Shown here: piece after piece, positions 55,975 to 64,000 of the stretch | Layout of the letters: each line of letters opens with the position of its first letter | Numbering within the stretch: position 1 is the first letter of the stretch | NCBI GenBank assembly: GCA_001464585.1 | Contig: LNFF01000031.1 | Location: forward strand, 67,148-131,147 | Direction of reading: 5' to 3' | From: Gammaproteobacteria bacterium Ga0077554 | Lineage (GTDB): Bacteria; Pseudomonadota; Gammaproteobacteria; Ga0077554; Ga007554 | DNA length: 64,000 nt | Made by a program: the position numbers and the translations under genes | The notes under the pieces: model-generated | Told to the model about the DNA's origin: nothing | The model's database searches: none | Seen by the model: the letters and a program-made list of their open reading frames with translations, nothing else

Positions 55975-57347
55975 TACTCCCTTCCACTTTCAACTAGCAT
56001 GGCGCCACCCTGGCCACCACCGATACATAAACTGGCCATGCCGCGACGGGTTTTGGTTCGCTTCAGCACATTCAGCAAATGCAAGACAATGCGCGCGCCA
56101 CTGGCGCCGACGGGATGTCCGAGGCTTACGCCACCGCCATCAACATTCAGCCTGGCGAGGTCGATTTCACCGAAGGCACGATCGAGCCCTAATTCTGTGC
56201 GGCAATAATCACTGTCTTTCCACGCTTCCAGGCATGCCAATACTTGCGCAGCAAACGCTTCATTGATTTCCCAGTAGTCAATATCCTGAATCGCAAGGCC
56301 ATGCCGTTGCATGATCGGCGCCATGGAATGCGCAGGGCCCAAGCCCATTTGCGCTGGCTCCAGGCCCGCCCACTGAACATCAATAATCCGCCCCAACACC
56401 GGCAGTTTATATTTTTCAACAGCCTCCGCACTGGCTAAAATCAGCAGCGCGGCGCCGTCAGTAATCTGCGCGCTGTTACCCGCCGTGACATTACCAAAGT
56501 GACGATCGAACACTGGCTTGAGTTTGGCCATTTTTGCCATGTCATCCTCGTGGTCTTTGCCGCGGCGCAAACCATCATCATGCTCGTAAGCATGACCCTG
56601 GGTATCGTAAAGGGTTTCGATTTCCCCGAGCAATTTGTCATCTTGCGCTTTGGCAAGCCGGCGATGGCTTTCCAGCGCAAAGGCATCCATACGTTCACGG
56701 CTGATATTAAAGCGATGCGCGAGATTTTCGGCGGTTTGACCCATGGACAGGCCGACAACAGGGTCCGTAAGGCCGCGCAATAAGCCGATGATGGGTTTGA
56801 AATGTCCCGCACGTAATTTACTTAATGCCGCCAGGCGCGCGCCGAAATTACGCTCGGCACTCCACTCGCCGAGCCACGTTACCATGTCGTTATTGAGCAA
56901 GACGGGGGCATGGCTCATCGCCTCTACACCGCCTGCCAGAATCAAGTGTGCGCGCCCCAATGCAATATTGCGCGCGGCACAATCCAGCGCCTGCATCCCG
57001 GAAGCGCAATTGCGCTGCACCGTCCACGCCGGAACATGTTTGCCACACCCCAGACGTAGCGCAACCACGCGTGCGATATTTGCTTCATCCGGGCCGGGCA
57101 TGACGCAACCGAGAATGACTTCGTCGAAATCACTGGGTTGAAAATTTTGGCGCATCAATAAAGGACGCCCCGCGCCAATGGCAAGATCAGCCGCCTGGAA
57201 AGGCCCCGGCTTGTTCTTTGCCTTTAACTGCGGCGTGCGGCTACCGTCAACTACATATACCGTTTTGCCGGTTTGGCCAATTTTGCCGGGCTTATCGGCT
57301 TGGTCGGATCGACTTGATCGACCGGGGCCGTCTGTTCCGTTGGACAT
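55974..57347 (-). CDS. fadA: Acetyl-CoA C-acyltransferase (3-ketoacyl-CoA thiolase) with a ~28-aa low-complexity N-terminal extension
   Basis: Thiolase motifs (VVDGSRTPQ, NRNCASGMQA, GGGQGGAMLVE). ATG at 57347 with GGGAG RBS. Confidence 0.85.
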   Translation of the reverse strand: MSNGTDGPGRSSRSDQADKPGKIGQTGKTVYVVDGSRTPQLKAKNKPGPFQAADLAIGAGRPLLMRQNFQPSDFDEVILGCVMPGPDEANIARVVALRLGCGKHVPAWTVQRNCASGMQALDCAARNIALGRAHLILAGGVEAMSHAPVLLNNDMVTWLGEWSAERNFGARLAALSKLRAGHFKPIIGLLRGLTDPVVGLSMGQTAENLAHRFNISRERMDAFALESHRRLAKAQDDKLLGEIETLYDTQGHAYEHDDGLRRGKDHEDDMAKMAKLKPVFDRHFGNVTAGNSAQITDGAALLILASAEAVEKYKLPVLGRIIDVQWAGLEPAQMGLGPAHSMAPIMQRHGLAIQDIDYWEINEAFAAQVLACLEAWKDSDYCRTELGLDRAFGEIDLARLNVDGGGVSLGHPVGASGARIVLHLLNVLKRTKTRRGMASLCIGGGQGGAMLVESGRE

Positions 57348-59785
57348 TCTACTTTCTCCCTTCGCCAGTAGTCTTGCGTGAAATCATCTACTTTAATCAC
57401 TTCCCTGCGCGCAGCAATGGCATCATACATCAATTGAGCTTCTTCTTCCGTAATAACACCCAGCTTGATGCCAGCCTGCACACGCGGTGTTTCATCATTG
57501 CCGCTGTATCCGCCCGGCCCGAGTCCGATGCGTAATTTTTTCTCTGTAACCTCTGCGGCAATCGCTTTATTTAGCGCATCTTCCAAGCGGCCTAATGGCT
57601 CATTGAGTGAGGCAGGAACATACAAGCCCGCAGTCAAACGATCCCGCGCCTCTGAAGGTTGCAGTAACACGCCTGCCACTTCATGACCCAATGCATCACG
57701 TGGTGCGGCATAGGGTTTGCCCAGCGGGAATATCAGCCTGCGCAATATCCACGCGACCGGACGGCTGGGGAGGTTATGTAATATTCCATCCAGTGCATTC
57801 TGGATGTTGCACAAGGCATCCTGACACGCCCATTGCACCATGGGCAGATCACTGTCGGGCCGCCCCTGATTGACAAAGCGCTTTAACACGGTGGAGGCAA
57901 GATACAGATGGCTCAACACATCGGCCAGTCGCCCTGAAATTTTTTCCCGCCGCTTTAATGAACCGCCCGCCACCAGCATGGCTGCGTCGGCTACCAAGGC
58001 AAACGCTGCGCTCATGCGGGTGAGTTGCTTATAGTAATGCTCTTCCGGGCCAGATACTGGCACAAACACAAAGCGCGCGCCACTGATGCCCAGCCAGAAT
58101 GCACCGGCTGCATTGCTCATGGTAAAACCTATGTGGCTGAACAATGCGTCATCAAATTTCAAGGAAGCCTGATGCGCATCCGGCTCTGCCGCCGCCTGCA
58201 TTTCCTTGATCACATACGGATGGCAGCGTATTGCACCCTGGCCAAAAATAATCAGACTGCGTGTAAGAATATTCGCGCCTTCAACGGTGATGCCAATCGG
58301 AATGGATTGATAGATGCGTCCCAGCAAATTGCGCGGCCCCATGCAGATACCGCTGCCGCCCTGTATATCCATCGCATCATTTACCACCTTTCTCATGCAC
58401 TCTGTCAGGTGATATTTGACGATGGCGGACACTACAGAAGGTTTCTCACCCAGATCTATTGCGCCTGCGGTCATGGTGCGCGCCGCATCCATCATGTAAG
58501 TGTAACCTGCCATACGCGCCAGCACTTCTTCGACACCTTCAAAGCGGCCGATGGAGGTTTTGAATTGTTTGCGGACGCGAGCATACGCACCCGTGGCGCG
58601 GCATCCCATTTTGCCCGCGCCTGTTGACAGTGCCGGCAATGAAATGGAGCGCCCTGCCGCCAGGCATTCCATTAACATGCGCCACCCTTGCCCCGCGCGC
58701 TTCGGCCCACCAATAATCCAGTCCACGGGAATGAACACATCCTTGCCGCTGTTAGGTCCATTCTGAAAAGGAATGTTGAGAGGGAAATGCCGATTGCCAA
58801 TCACCACGCCGGGAGTCTTGGTGGGAATTAACGCGCAGGTAATACCAACGTCACTTCTGTCCCCCAGCAAGCGATCTGGATCATAGAGTTTAAAGGCCAG
58901 CCCCAACACCGTCGCCACTGGCCCCAGGGTGATATAACGCTTGTCCCAATTCAGGCGTATGCCAATTATTTCTTTACCCTCAAAGGTACCGCGACACACC
59001 ACCCCGCTATCCGGCATTGAGCTGGCATCACTGCCCGCTTCTGGGCCAGTCAAGGCAAAGCAGGGGACTTCTTCACCGCGCGCCAGGCGTGGCAAATAAT
59101 AATTTTTTTGCTCATCCGTACCGTAATGCAGCAGCAATTCGGCAGGCCCCAATGAATTGGGCACCATGACAGTCACAGCGGCCGTGACGCTGCGGCTGGA
59201 AATTTTCATGACGACTTCTGAATGGGCCAGCGCGGAGAATTCCAGGCCACCGTATTGTTTCGGAATAATCATGCCGAAAAAGCGCTTATCCTTGATGAAC
59301 TGCCAGACGTGCGGCGGTAGGTCATGCAGTTCTTCGGTGATTTCCCAATCATTCAGCATGCGGCACAATTCTTCAGCTGGCCCATCCAGAAAAGCCTGCT
59401 CCTCTGCGCTGAGCTGTGGCGTGGGAATAGTCAGCAATTTGAGCCAGTCCGGATTGCCGCTGAACAATTCACCGTCCCACCACACGGTGCCTGCTTCCAG
59501 CGCATCGCGCTCGGTTTTTGACATGGGCGGCAACGCGGTGCGAAACAGCGGCAGCACACGATTGCTAATCCACGCGCGGCGCAGTTTGGGTACGTTGAGA
59601 AAAAGGGCCGTGACAATAAAGGTAGACCAGAGTAACGCTATGACGGCGGGTGAAGGTGTATCAAGCACCGTCCATAAAATGGGTACTCCTGATACAATCA
59701 CCGTTGCAATAATTAAAGGCACCCGCATGTATGCCAGCAGGCCTATCATGGCTACCAGCAATCCTATCCAGAAAAATGACATCAT
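57251..59785 (-). CDS. fadE: Large acyl-CoA dehydrogenase, FadE-type
   Basis: 844 aa; collinear by eye with E. coli FadE (membrane-like N-terminus, ...GTDEQK..YLPRLARGEE.PCFALT.PEAGSDA...). Confidence 0.85.
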   Translation of the reverse strand: MMSFFWIGLLVAMIGLLAYMRVPLIIATVIVSGVPILWTVLDTPSPAVIALLWSTFIVTALFLNVPKLRRAWISNRVLPLFRTALPPMSKTERDALEAGTVWWDGELFSGNPDWLKLLTIPTPQLSAEEQAFLDGPAEELCRMLNDWEITEELHDLPPHVWQFIKDKRFFGMIIPKQYGGLEFSALAHSEVVMKISSRSVTAAVTVMVPNSLGPAELLLHYGTDEQKNYYLPRLARGEEVPCFALTGPEAGSDASSMPDSGVVCRGTFEGKEIIGIRLNWDKRYITLGPVATVLGLAFKLYDPDRLLGDRSDVGITCALIPTKTPGVVIGNRHFPLNIPFQNGPNSGKDVFIPVDWIIGGPKRAGQGWRMLMECLAAGRSISLPALSTGAGKMGCRATGAYARVRKQFKTSIGRFEGVEEVLARMAGYTYMMDAARTMTAGAIDLGEKPSVVSAIVKYHLTECMRKVVNDAMDIQGGSGICMGPRNLLGRIYQSIPIGITVEGANILTRSLIIFGQGAIRCHPYVIKEMQAAAEPDAHQASLKFDDALFSHIGFTMSNAAGAFWLGISGARFVFVPVSGPEEHYYKQLTRMSAAFALVADAAMLVAGGSLKRREKISGRLADVLSHLYLASTVLKRFVNQGRPDSDLPMVQWACQDALCNIQNALDGILHNLPSRPVAWILRRLIFPLGKPYAAPRDALGHEVAGVLLQPSEARDRLTAGLYVPASLNEPLGRLEDALNKAIAAEVTEKKLRIGLGPGGYSGNDETPRVQAGIKLGVITEEEAQLMYDAIAARREVIKVDDFTQDYWRREKVECPTEQTAPVDQVDPTKPISPAKLAKPAKRYM

Positions 59786-59803
59786 CTCCTGTTCACTCCC
59801 AGA

Positions 59804-60817
59804 TTATTCACGACCTACTCCTAAAACAACTTTATGCTTTTTTATGCGACGGCTTGCGCCACGATGCCTGGCACGCACATGGCGCCAGTTCAACGCATGT
59901 CGTGAAATATCGTCATCTTTCACATCACTTTTCATATAATAAGGCAAAATAGAATCCCGGGTAACATCCGGAAGGAAACATTCATGCTCATCATTACAGA
60001 TCGTACCGTGCTTATCCCAGGGCAGATGACGATAAGCGCCAATATCATCCATTGCCACTACAGAAAATTTCACACTATCAAAATAAGGTGAATAATCAAA
60101 ATCCCGTGGCGTACATAAGCGGGGATTGCGCGGATAAAACCGCAATCCGCCATCATCACTGCGATGCACCACCGGCCTGACCGGAAAATGTACTGAGTCA
60201 AACGCTGCTGCGATCAGTGTGGAGCATATTGTGCGCTCAGACAAGTTTGTACCAATCTCAAACAATGTTGAACCTAAGCGTCGCGGTAACCAGGCGTGCG
60301 GCGACATCCAGCGCGCCAGATCAAACAATTGACGTATATCATACTGCACCCCCAGATGACGCGCCGCAAACCGCAACACCCGTGAAGCATCATCGGACGA
60401 CAAGCCGCGCGGCTGGCACACGCGCATATTCATCCCACGGTATTTACGTAGCGGCTCGATAATAATTCCTTGTCCGATTAATCCCTCGATGATTAACGGC
60501 TCATCCAGACTTAACGGCTTGGCCAAATTTAACGGCGCAGCCTGGCTTTCCTGATAATGCCGCTGAATATGCTGCCGCAGCACGGCATCGCCAATCTCAC
60601 AGAGACGCCCAACGTATAACGCAGAGTGTGTCCACTGGCTTTGTGTAATATTTTTTATAAAATGGCTAAGGCGGGTATTCCCCTCGACTAAGATCACGTC
60701 GGCCGGACGCAATGCGCGGCTCAATCGATCAAAGTCACACAGAGGCACCGCTGAAGCAGTTTCTTCTTCCCTCAACCAGCCGATAAATTTTTCTTTCAGC
60801 CAGCCTGACATGCTCAC
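59804..60817 (-). CDS. YiiX/YebB-like permuted papain-fold (NlpC/P60 superfamily) hydrolase-family protein with a C-terminal extension
   Basis: ADVILVEGNTRLSHFIKNITQSQWTHSALYVG and a downstream candidate catalytic Cys (ICSTLIAAAF). Assignment is moderate. Confidence 0.45.
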   Translation of the reverse strand: MSMSGWLKEKFIGWLREEETASAVPLCDFDRLSRALRPADVILVEGNTRLSHFIKNITQSQWTHSALYVGRLCEIGDAVLRQHIQRHYQESQAAPLNLAKPLSLDEPLIIEGLIGQGIIIEPLRKYRGMNMRVCQPRGLSSDDASRVLRFAARHLGVQYDIRQLFDLARWMSPHAWLPRRLGSTLFEIGTNLSERTICSTLIAAAFDSVHFPVRPVVHRSDDGGLRFYPRNPRLCTPRDFDYSPYFDSVKFSVVAMDDIGAYRHLPWDKHGTICNDEHECFLPDVTRDSILPYYMKSDVKDDDISRHALNWRHVRARHRGASRRIKKHKVVLGVGRE

Positions 60818-61096
60818 CTCTTGGTCTTAAAATATATACACTGAGGGGAATTTCATCACGTAGACGGGTACGCCCCTACACTCCTGTAGCGGCAAAATGC
60901 AGGTCTCCTTGAAGGGTTAACGCCACTTAGCGCCAGTTCTCATGAATATGGACAACTTCATGGGAGACATTGCAGATAATATTAAATCGTTTTATAATTC
61001 AAAAGGTTAAATTTAATAAATCTTTCTGGTCAGCTCCAGCAGTGAAATTCCCGGCCAATACCTTATCTATTTCACGTTTTGTTCCGACATATAACC

Positions 61097-61909
61097 ATGC
61101 AACCCAACCCTAAAAACGCCATTGGCGTATTTGACTCCGGTGTCGGCGGCCTGACGGTGGTGCGCACCCTGATGGAGCGCCTGCCGTTTGAAAATATCAT
61201 CTATTTTGGTGATACGGCGCGCGTACCGTATGGCGTAAAGTCGGTCGACACCATCCGTCATTTCACGGCGCAAATCACGCAATTTCTGCTGCAAAAAGAA
61301 GTCAAATTATTGATTATTGCGTGCAATACCATGGCCGCCGTGGCTGCGCAGGTAGTACGCGATCTGTCTGCCGTGCCGGTGCTGGATGTGATTGAGGCTG
61401 GCGCATTGGGCGCCATTGCTACCACCCAACGCAAACAGGTGGGCGTGATCGGTACGCCCACTACAATTAACAGCAACGCCTATGCGCGCGCCATACACCA
61501 GCATGCGGCAGATATCCGTATTTATTCCCAGGCCTGCGCGCTGTTCGTGCCGCTGGTGGAAGAAGGCTGGCTTGACCATGAAGTGACGCGCCTCACTGCA
61601 CACGAATATCTGCGGCCACTACTGGCGCACAACATTGATACACTGGTGCTAGGTTGCACCCATTACCCGCTGCTGATTCCATTATTGCAAGACACTGTGG
61701 GGCCGGATGTGCGCCTCGTTGATTCTGCGGAAACCATGGCGCAACAAACTGCTGCATTGCTGGAAAAAATGAACCTGGCGAACCCGCAACGCCTTGCGCC
61801 GGAATATCACTTCTATGTCACTGACGTGCCGTTGCGTTTTCAGACCATCGGTGAGCGCTTTATGGGACGGGCTTTGCCGAATGTGCATCATCATACAGCG
61901 AAGTGGTAA
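61097..61909 (+). CDS. murI: Glutamate racemase
   Basis: VFDSGVGGLTV...IACNT...GCTHYP motifs. ATG at 61097; the track start at 61079 is a TTG. Confidence 0.85.
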   Translation: MQPNPKNAIGVFDSGVGGLTVVRTLMERLPFENIIYFGDTARVPYGVKSVDTIRHFTAQITQFLLQKEVKLLIIACNTMAAVAAQVVRDLSAVPVLDVIEAGALGAIATTQRKQVGVIGTPTTINSNAYARAIHQHAADIRIYSQACALFVPLVEEGWLDHEVTRLTAHEYLRPLLAHNIDTLVLGCTHYPLLIPLLQDTVGPDVRLVDSAETMAQQTAALLEKMNLANPQRLAPEYHFYVTDVPLRFQTIGERFMGRALPNVHHHTAKW

Positions 61910-61961
61910 GATTACAGCGAAGTGGTAAGCGTATACTTGCGCCAAAGATTTCTCGCTCCAC

Positions 61962-62019
61962 TTCGATGTGCATGGATGCACAAGTGCCGTGAGCGCATGG
62001 ATGCGCAAGAACGGTGAAA
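61962..62019. repeat. Variant/partial copy of the dispersed repeat (copy 5), intergenic between murI and hrpB
   Basis: Contains GTGCATGGATGCACAAGTG (shared with copies 2 and 4) and a second GCGCATGGATGCGC palindrome. Confidence 0.6.
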
Positions 62020-62022
62020 TGA

Positions 62023-64000
62023 TATAAAAACATGTCCCCAACCCCTCGCTATGCCCTCCCCATCGAAGAAATCCTGCCGCAACTGCGCGAAGCTCTTGCG
62101 TCGCATTCAGCCGTGGTATTGCAGGCACCACCTGGCGCCGGTAAGACTACGCTTGTGCCATTGGCCTTATTGGATGAACCGTGGCTGCAAGGCCAGTCAA
62201 TTGTGATGCTGGAACCTCGCCGCCTGGCGACACGTGCAGCAGCGATGCGTATGGCTGATATGCGCGGCGAAAAAGTCGGGCGCACCGTGGGCTACCGCGT
62301 GCGCTTTGATAGCCAGGTGTCGCGCCATACACGCATTGAAGTGGTTACCGAAGGTATACTCACGCGCCGCTTGCAGGGCGACCAGGCACTGGAAGGCGTG
62401 GGGCTGGTGATTTTCGATGAATTTCACGAGCGCAATCTCAACACCGATCTGGCGCTGGCGCTGTGCATCGACAGCCTGCGCACACTGCGCGAAGATCTCA
62501 AAGTGCTGGTGATGTCAGCCACACTGGATGCGGAAGGTGTCGCCAAACTGCTTGGTAACACGCCTATCATCACCAGTATGGGGCGCAGCTTTCCTGTCAC
62601 TGTAAATTATTTTCCGCGCGAACCTGTTGGCCGCCTCGCGGACATCATGGCCGCTGCGTTGCGCCGTGCATTAACAGAGCGCACCGGGGATATTCTTGCC
62701 TTTTTGCCGGGTAGCGGAGAAATTCGCCGCGTACAACAATTGCTGCAAGCCGATGTGGTGTGTGCGGACATCAGCATTCATCCTCTCTATGGCGATCTGC
62801 CGCGTGAAGCGCAAGACAAAGCACTACAGCCCGACACATCCGGGCGGCGCAAAATCGTGCTGGCGACGCCGATTGCCGAAACCAGTTTGACCATTGAAGG
62901 CATTATCACCGTGGTGGACAGCGGCTGGGCGCGCGTGCCGCGCTTTGATCCGAACAGCGGACTGACGCGCCTCGACACCGTGCGCATCTCACGCGCTTCT
63001 GCAGAACAGCGCACCGGGCGTGCCGGACGCCTGTCACCGGGCCACTGCTATCGCCTATGGACTGAGTCCACGCAGCGCGGTCTGCAAGCGCAAACCGCCC
63101 CGGAAATTCTGGCGGCTGACCTCACACCGCTGGCACTGGAACTCGCGCAATGGGGTGTGCGTGATGCCGCCAATCTCGATTGGCTCGACCCGCCGCCCGC
63201 AGGCACCCTGGCACAGGCGCGGCAATTGCTCACCGAATTGGATGCGCTCGACGCCAAGGGCATGATCACTACAACGGGCAAAGCGATGGCGGCACTGCCT
63301 GCGCATCCGCGACTGGCGCATCTACTGCTGAAAGGGGATAAATTAGGGCTGGGTGCTTTGGCCTGCGACATTGCCGCCCTGCTCAGTGAACGCGATATCA
63401 TTAACACGGATGCAACACAAACCCGCTCCTGCGATTTGCTGGAACGCGTTGAAGCGATCATGGCTTTTCGCAAACGCGGCAGGGCTGGTGCGCAAGCGCA
63501 TAACGCCGATCCGTATGCCTGCGAGCGCATTGAACAAACGTCGCAACAATGGCGACGCCTGCTTAATATTAAACACGCCGCCAACGAACTCGCGGCCGCA
63601 CAGGAAAGCACTGGACTATTGCTGGCGCTCGCCTACCCCGACCGCATCGCCGCACAACGCGAAGCTAACACTGGCCGCTATCGCCTCGCCAATGGCCGTG
63701 GCGCGCGCCTCGCCAGCCACGATCATCTTGCCAAATCACCCTATCTGGTCGCCGCGCATCTGAATGCCAACTCCAATACCAGCCACGATACCATTCTCAA
63801 TAAAGGCCATGGCGAGGGCACCATCTACCTCGCCGCGCCCATCACCGTGCAAGCATTGCGCGAACATTTGACACAACACATACAAAGTTACGACAGCGTG
63901 CGTTGGGATACACAACAACAGGCCGTCATCGCGCGCCGCGAAGAACGTCTTGGTGAATTGATTCTTTCAACCCAGGCATGGGACACCGCACCGCCCGAAA
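62023..64000 (+). CDS. hrpB: ATP-dependent RNA helicase HrpB (DEAH-box), 3' partial
   Basis: ORF open to the window end. Walker A LQAPPGAGKTT, DEFHER box, SATLD, TGRAGR. Confidence 0.85.

Overview
The window appears to be a proteobacterial chemolithoautotroph chromosome segment. It reads as four blocks.

1. 1-7800: an accessory-looking block.
- A divergent putative biosynthetic cluster: an O-methyltransferase and an Acg-like nitroreductase on the minus strand, facing two tandem LuxI/FeeM-like N-acyltransferase paralogs on the plus strand.
- An AT-rich spacer between them containing a 66-bp perfect palindrome.
- An orphan XRE antitoxin next to an N-terminally truncated RelE/ParE toxin remnant.
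- A Uma2 nuclease and a Fic protein.

2. 7800-25150: housekeeping and signalling genes, all on the minus strand.
- rlmL-like methyltransferase, slyD, a secreted GP-PDE/phytase-like protein, an arginase/ornithine aminotransferase pair, a Sel1 protein and a DMT permease.
- A c-di-GMP cluster: PAS-GGDEF, a CheC-like protein, a CheY-like receiver, and a 1200-aa PilZ-GGDEF-EAL protein.
- The conserved csrA - tRNA-Ser - tRNA-Arg group, followed by lysC.

3. 25300-45050: a complete inorganic-carbon and alpha-carboxysome locus.
- sbtB-like and sbtA genes plus a Cys-rich hypothetical, then a SulP/BicA-like transporter with an unusual C-terminal extension.
- Divergent cbbR, then cbbL-cbbS-csoS2-csoSCA-csoS4AB, three csoS1 copies, a bfr-like gene, a PCD-like gene, mcdA and an mcdB-like gene, cbbQ, cbbO, and a class II aldolase-like gene whose active-site motif looks degenerate.

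4. 45150-64000: core genes.
- alaS, recX and recA on the minus strand; an M16 peptidase and an ETHE1-like dioxygenase.
- A fatty-acid beta-oxidation operon on the minus strand: YiiX-like gene, fadE, fadA, fadB, an acyl-CoA ligase and yciA.
- murI and the start of hrpB.

The most striking thing the gene calls do not explain is a family of roughly 51-bp repeats with internal hairpins, present in at least five copies. Three copies sit inside coding sequences (Uma2, rlmL, and the PilZ-GGDEF-EAL gene) without breaking the reading frame, so each host protein carries a short peptide insertion. No CRISPR array, integrase or transposase was seen.
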